NCBI GenBank assembly: GCA_964035575.1
Contig: OZ037833.1
Span: 682,001 to 746,000 of the forward strand
From: Rhynchopus sp. YZ270_cl-10
Lineage: Eukaryota
Direction: 5' to 3'
DNA length: 64,000 nucleotides
Shown here: piece after piece, positions 58,096 to 64,000 of the stretch
Position numbering within the stretch: position 1 is the first letter of the stretch
Layout: each line of letters opens with the position of its first letter
Position numbers and translations under genes: made by a program
The notes under the pieces: generated by a model
What the model was told of the DNA's origin: nothing
What the model saw: the letters and a program-made list of their open reading frames with translations, nothing else
Databases searched by the model: none

Positions 58096-58960
58096 AGTGA
58101 AAGGTGTAACGAATAGAAGAGTATTCTGTGGAGTGGTGTAGTCTTTCTTCTCTTCCCCGCAACGGAGAGGTGCTGTCTGTGCCTCCCGACTCTTAGCCAT
58201 AGCCGACGCAGCGCTTCTGTGTCATGAGGAAGACAGGGGCAGGAAGCTCGAACATAACTAAAAGAGGGGGGAAAGGGGGTCTTGTCTTTTTTTTATTATT
58301 ATTTGCAGTGTGCCGACCATGACCATCACCATCACAACGCCACCCAAAGTCCAGGGCGCTTTTATCCAATAGAAAAAAGAAAAAAGAAAACAGAAAAAAA
58401 GAAAGTGGAGTATGCGTTTTGTATCTGGACATTTAAAAAGGATCTGCTCCACCAATAAGACGGAGCAGCTCAACCACCGACTGGCAGTTTTCCAAATTTC
58501 AAAATGGGGCGACCAAGCTATGATTCTGGACATGTCGGGAAAATAGAGAAAACTTCAATAGATGAAATGTGCATTTCTTTCGTGCACACACATCCAAAGA
58601 ATCGTGGCTAAGGGGGGCGGGGGCGGGGGGGGAACACCACTGACTGGTGGCTGCGCACAAATGGGGTTGGGGAGAAGGGTTTTAGTAAGCACCGGCACAA
58701 CTGCCCAAAGTGAAGGGAGGTGTACGAACAATGCGGAATGCGGAATGGACCGAAGACCACTTTGTTTCATGCGCAAACACTTGAATGAGAACAGAAACGT
58801 GGGGAGAGCGAAGTCTCGCCTGCACGTACGTCTTTACGTTGTTAGCATTAGTAAAAATGTTTTTTTGGTTCTCTGGGGAAAAGAGGAAAAAGGGGAAATA
58901 TGGGGAAATAGGGAAAGACCACCGACTGGCGGTTCACTTATCAGGGTTCATCATGGATCA

Positions 58961-59899
58961 CTACTTGTTCAGGCTCATGAGCTCGTCGTTGTTTCTCTTG
59001 CTCTTGGACATGTAGAGGACACCGCACACAACAGCAGCAACCACGACAAGACCACCCACGGCGATGGCAGCAATGACACCCGCACTGAGGGAGCTGCTGC
59101 CGCTGTCCGATGTAGCGGGCCCGGACCAGGAGAAGGAGGAACCCGGCTGGCCGCTGATGACGAGGATCTTGCCCTTCTCGCACTGCGAGGCGAACGTGAC
59201 TGTGCCTTGTGCTGCGGAGGCGGCTGTGTAGACTACGTTCGACGAGACGGCGTCCACTTCCCCTGCGGTGACCGTGAAGTGCACCGCCTCACTCGCACCG
59301 CAGTGCATCACACCCATGTAGAAGTCCATCAGCTTGCTCCCCACTGTGACAGAGCCGGTCGAGCCTGCGGACACCGGCTTGAGCGGCGCGGCAGCTTTGT
59401 CAATTGCATCCTCCGACAACTCAAGGCTGACGCCGGCAGGGCCAGACTTTGGCACGTAGCGTGTGAAGACACGCATGCTGTACGAAAACACTGGGGACGG
59501 GTCCGTCCATACCGGCGCACTCACCTGGAAGTACATGTCCGCACCAGGCGCGTACTCGGAGCCAACTGCAACAATGAGGACAGTGTCGTTCGTCGGGTCC
59601 ACCGTCATCGGCTGCCCCACCGTATCATCCGTGTACAGCGTCAGGTTGAACGCAGGGATCTTATCCACTCCAGCGGGTGCGGTCAGGTTCAGCACCACGT
59701 GCTGCAGGTACGTCGTCTGCGTGTCCGCAATGTCCCCCGACACCATCGACACCAGGTCGCCCACATCCAGCTGGATGCTCGGGTTCGAGGAGTTGATGTT
59801 AAAGCCAGTTGTCACCTCGGAGAGCACGTCTACCCCCGGGGGCAGTGGCGCTGTGCTGGCAGCAGACTGTGTTGCGAGTAGGGCCAAGAGAAACGCCAT
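58961..59899 (-). CDS. Type I membrane protein, array copy 4
   Basis: Identical translation. Confidence 0.8.
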   Translation of the reverse strand: MAFLLALLATQSAASTAPLPPGVDVLSEVTTGFNINSSNPSIQLDVGDLVSMVSGDIADTQTTYLQHVVLNLTAPAGVDKIPAFNLTLYTDDTVGQPMTVDPTNDTVLIVAVGSEYAPGADMYFQVSAPVWTDPSPVFSYSMRVFTRYVPKSGPAGVSLELSEDAIDKAAAPLKPVSAGSTGSVTVGSKLMDFYMGVMHCGASEAVHFTVTAGEVDAVSSNVVYTAASAAQGTVTFASQCEKGKILVISGQPGSSFSWSGPATSDSGSSSLSAGVIAAIAVGGLVVVAAVVCGVLYMSKSKRNNDELMSLNK

Positions 59900-60884
59900 T
59901 TTCTTTTGAAGGGTGTGCGGTGCTTCTGTTTGTGTTTGTGTTTGTGTTTGTGCTGCAAATACCTGTGGGTGTGGGTGTGGGTGTGGAAAGGGGGAAAGGG
60001 GAACTTTGCGCAAAGCGGTGTTCCTTTGGCTGCCTGCACACATGGTGGAGGGTAAAGAAACAGAGTAGCATCTGGAGTGGGTGAGTGCTGACAACCACGC
60101 TACGCTGCCTTCTCGCACTAATGCGTACCAGCACAGAACGGACGAAGCCGCAAAACAGGCTGGTTAATAATAATGATTCGCTATGAAGCAACAGTGTGGA
60201 AGAGGCACAGACAAGAGAGTAGGTAGGGAGGTGGGGTGGGTGGGGTAGGGTGGGTGGTGTTCGTTTTTGTTTGTTCGTCGGCAAGAAGATGTCTTGTTAC
60301 GGAAGAGACGACCATACCGGTATCCACGCCTTTGCATCCTTTGTTTTTCAAATCAATCCAGCATACACTGGACTGGGTCGGTTGTGCAAAAGATTGGAAA
60401 CACATAATAAAAGGTGGACATGTGAAAGACATGCGGACACAGGCATCGATCGGAGACAAAAGGTAAAGTAGAGCGTGTGCACGTGAAACAGCACTACTGT
60501 CGCAGGTGACTGGTTCGCCACCGTTGACGAGTAACCATTTCAAAAAAGACCACACAAAGAAGGGTTGAGCGATGAGTGTAGGGTACCTTACTGGCGTGCA
60601 CACACATCTTTGAAAGAAAAGACAAGAAGAAGTCTGTGAACAAAAGAAAGAAGTTGTTGTAAGTTATTGAAAAGAGAAAGTGCTGCTGCCCTCGCGGGCT
60701 TTTGTTGCAAGTATTTTTTTTTCCTCGCGGAAATGCATTTTTCCTCATGTTGTTGTTGACATGCAAACAGATATGCAAAACTCAAGTAAATGAGTTATGT
60801 GTGGACACCGCTCGCATACTAACACAGCACACACACACACGCACACATGCATACATACATACATACACACACAGTGCTCTGTGC

Positions 60885-62192
60885 TCACGCAAAGTACTCC
60901 ACATTCGCCTGTTCCACCATTCCCTGGGAAAACGTATGGGCGAAACCCAGGTCCACGTTGCTGAACTTGTTGTTCCAAACATGCACAGCAGGGCTGGTCG
61001 CATCAAACACCCAGCCAGTCACGCCGAACCCCTTCACGTACTTGAGGTCGTTGTCCTCGAGGCGGAGTGGCGTCTTTGTGTCCCCTGTGCGGACGTAGAT
61101 GGCGTGCTCCCCCACATGCGAGACTGTGTTGTGCGACACCACCTGTGCGTACGACGACTCTGGGGCAACAGGAAGTGCGTCAATCGGCCCTGTGGGGGTG
61201 CGGGCAGCGCTGTAGAGCGGTGTCTGGTGCATGATGATGCCGTTGCCGGGGCCGTCGTGCACAACGTTGTTTGCGACGTGCACACGCCCGTGGCCCACCT
61301 GGATGCCGTTGTCGTGGTCTGTCACACCAGCGGAGTTCACGAGGGCCGGGCCCGGGTGGTAGCCAAAGTGCTCAACCACGTTGTTGTGCACACTGCCCGA
61401 AATGACCCCCGCAAGCTGGATGCCGTCGGCACCTGTGTCGTAGAGGACGTTGTTGTAGATCTGCACGTTCTCAAGCAGGTGTGGGAAGAGCAGCTCGCCA
61501 GGGCAGGCGTAGTGCTCAATGCCGTTCACCGCGTAGTGGCCGATGTACATCCCCTCCCCGTCCACAATGTGCTCAATCAGGTTGTCGTGGATCAGCAGGT
61601 TGCGCATCACAAACTTCGTCCGCAGCATCTCCCCACTGCACGTCGGGTCCGTCTTCGTCTTGATGCCGTGCTCCATAGCGTGCTGGATGTGCAGGTGGTC
61701 CACCTCCACATCGGAGCTCAACGCACGGATCGTCACTGCGCCGTTTGCAACAATGGCGTGCTTTGCAAATGTGACACCCCCACCCGTCACGCGGAAGTGC
61801 TGGGAGTCAAGCACGCTGATGGCTCCCCCTGTGTTGAGGGTCACAGTGCTGCCGTCAGCGTTCGTGCGTTCCTGTGTGTAAGCGCTGGCGAGCGAGACCA
61901 CACCGCCACAGGCACGCAACGTCACAACCTTCTCCTCAGTGCCCTTCACACCCTCGACCATGATGCTGCTGCGGGCACCAGGTTCAAAGCACAGCACATC
62001 CCCAGGCTGGATCAACGCCGTCCCAAACTTGTAGTAATACGGAAACGGGGCGCCGCCCGCAATCTTCGAGTACGCAGGGTTCACGACAAAGGTGCAGCCG
62101 CAGGAGGCAATCTGTTCGTCTGTGAGAACACTCGCTCCGGAGGTGGTCCCTGCCAAGGCAGCGACACAGGCAAGCAGCATGGGCACACGCAT
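60885..62192 (-). CDS. Secreted beta-helix protein, array copy 4
   Basis: Identical translation. Confidence 0.85.
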   Translation of the reverse strand: MRVPMLLACVAALAGTTSGASVLTDEQIASCGCTFVVNPAYSKIAGGAPFPYYYKFGTALIQPGDVLCFEPGARSSIMVEGVKGTEEKVVTLRACGGVVSLASAYTQERTNADGSTVTLNTGGAISVLDSQHFRVTGGGVTFAKHAIVANGAVTIRALSSDVEVDHLHIQHAMEHGIKTKTDPTCSGEMLRTKFVMRNLLIHDNLIEHIVDGEGMYIGHYAVNGIEHYACPGELLFPHLLENVQIYNNVLYDTGADGIQLAGVISGSVHNNVVEHFGYHPGPALVNSAGVTDHDNGIQVGHGRVHVANNVVHDGPGNGIIMHQTPLYSAARTPTGPIDALPVAPESSYAQVVSHNTVSHVGEHAIYVRTGDTKTPLRLEDNDLKYVKGFGVTGWVFDATSPAVHVWNNKFSNVDLGFAHTFSQGMVEQANVEYFA

Positions 62193-63057
62193 AGTGAAAG
62201 GTGTAACGAATAGAAGAGTATTCTGTGGAGTGGTGTAGTCTTTCTTCTCTTCCCCGCAACGGAGAGGTGCTGTCTGTGCCTCCCGACTCTTAGCCATAGC
62301 CGACGCAGCGCTTCTGTGTCATGAGGAAGACAGGGGCAGGAAGCTCGAACATAACTAAAAGAGGGGGGAAAGGGGGTCTTGTCTTTTTTTTATTATTATT
62401 TGCAGTGTGCCGACCATGACCATCACCATCACAACGCCACCCAAAGTCCAGGGCGCTTTTATCCAATAGAAAAAAGAAAAAAGAAAACAGAAAAAAAGAA
62501 AGTGGAGTATGCGTTTTGTATCTGGACATTTAAAAAGGATCTGCTCCACCAATAAGACGGAGCAGCTCAACCACCGACTGGCAGTTTTCCAAATTTCAAA
62601 ATGGGGCGACCAAGCTATGATTCTGGACATGTCGGGAAAATAGAGAAAACTTCAATAGATGAAATGTGCATTTCTTTCGTGCACACACATCCAAAGAATC
62701 GTGGCTAAGGGGGGCGGGGGCGGGGGGGGAACACCACTGACTGGTGGCTGCGCACAAATGGGGTTGGGGAGAAGGGTTTTAGTAAGCACCGGCACAACTG
62801 CCCAAAGTGAAGGGAGGTGTACGAACAATGCGGAATGCGGAATGGACCGAAGACCACTTTGTTTCATGCGCAAACACTTGAATGAGAACAGAAACGTGGG
62901 GAGAGCGAAGTCTCGCCTGCACGTACGTCTTTACGTTGTTAGCATTAGTAAAAATGTTTTTTTGGTTCTCTGGGGAAAAGAGGAAAAAGGGGAAATATGG
63001 GGAAATAGGGAAAGACCACCGACTGGCGGTTCACTTATCAGGGTTCATCATGGATCA

Positions 63058-63996
63058 CTACTTGTTCAGGCTCATGAGCTCGTCGTTGTTTCTCTTGCTC
63101 TTGGACATGTAGAGGACACCGCACACAACAGCAGCAACCACGACAAGACCACCCACGGCGATGGCAGCAATGACACCCGCACTGAGGGAGCTGCTGCCGC
63201 TGTCCGATGTAGCGGGCCCGGACCAGGAGAAGGAGGAACCCGGCTGGCCGCTGATGACGAGGATCTTGCCCTTCTCGCACTGCGAGGCGAACGTGACTGT
63301 GCCTTGTGCTGCGGAGGCGGCTGTGTAGACTACGTTCGACGAGACGGCGTCCACTTCCCCTGCGGTGACCGTGAAGTGCACCGCCTCACTCGCACCGCAG
63401 TGCATCACACCCATGTAGAAGTCCATCAGCTTGCTCCCCACTGTGACAGAGCCGGTCGAGCCTGCGGACACCGGCTTGAGCGGCGCGGCAGCTTTGTCAA
63501 TTGCATCCTCCGACAACTCAAGGCTGACGCCGGCAGGGCCAGACTTTGGCACGTAGCGTGTGAAGACACGCATGCTGTACGAAAACACTGGGGACGGGTC
63601 CGTCCATACCGGCGCACTCACCTGGAAGTACATGTCCGCACCAGGCGCGTACTCGGAGCCAACTGCAACAATGAGGACAGTGTCGTTCGTCGGGTCCACC
63701 GTCATCGGCTGCCCCACCGTATCATCCGTGTACAGCGTCAGGTTGAACGCAGGGATCTTATCCACTCCAGCGGGTGCGGTCAGGTTCAGCACCACGTGCT
63801 GCAGGTACGTCGTCTGCGTGTCCGCAATGTCCCCCGACACCATCGACACCAGGTCGCCCACATCCAGCTGGATGCTCGGGTTCGAGGAGTTGATGTTAAA
63901 GCCAGTTGTCACCTCGGAGAGCACGTCTACCCCCGGGGGCAGTGGCGCTGTGCTGGCAGCAGACTGTGTTGCGAGTAGGGCCAAGAGAAACGCCAT
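63058..63996 (-). CDS. Type I membrane protein, array copy 5
   Basis: Identical translation. Confidence 0.8.
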   Translation of the reverse strand: MAFLLALLATQSAASTAPLPPGVDVLSEVTTGFNINSSNPSIQLDVGDLVSMVSGDIADTQTTYLQHVVLNLTAPAGVDKIPAFNLTLYTDDTVGQPMTVDPTNDTVLIVAVGSEYAPGADMYFQVSAPVWTDPSPVFSYSMRVFTRYVPKSGPAGVSLELSEDAIDKAAAPLKPVSAGSTGSVTVGSKLMDFYMGVMHCGASEAVHFTVTAGEVDAVSSNVVYTAASAAQGTVTFASQCEKGKILVISGQPGSSFSWSGPATSDSGSSSLSAGVIAAIAVGGLVVVAAVVCGVLYMSKSKRNNDELMSLNK

Positions 63997-64000
63997 TTTC

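Larger units (their letters stand above)
45929..64000. repeat. 4,097-bp tandem array; units start at 45929, 50026, 54123, 58220 and 62317 (last is partial)
   Basis: ORF coordinates recur with an exact 4,097 offset and identical coding translations. Confidence 0.97.

Overview
Eukaryotic nuclear DNA. Every credible gene is on the minus strand, introns are short GT-AG, and the intergenic DNA is rich in homopolymers and MITEs; this organisation suggests a euglenozoan, most likely a diplonemid (inference). Genes, left to right: a partial ORF at the edge; a METTL21-type lysine methyltransferase; four tandem membrane proteins with a degenerate class III nucleotide-cyclase domain; a ~2,190-aa NRPS-like gene; a four-exon topoisomerase III-beta; an ankyrin protein; an F-box/Cys-rich protein; a KLHDC4-like kelch protein; a secreted PhoD alkaline phosphatase; and a near-identical 4,097-bp tandem array (4 full units plus 1 partial) encoding a type I membrane protein and a secreted beta-helix protein. 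The standout is the NRPS-like gene. It has a partial C domain, A and T domains, an epsilon-poly-L-lysine-synthetase (Pls)-type triple TM/left-handed-beta-helix module, and a fused, apparently catalytically altered carboxylesterase. Its A domain has Gly in place of the amino-binding Asp (FGIS for FDxS), which hints at a membrane polymerase for a non-alpha-amino-acid, possibly hydroxy-acid, monomer. Several TIR element families (some with TSDs, some nested) and two dispersed, co-oriented non-coding motifs are also present.
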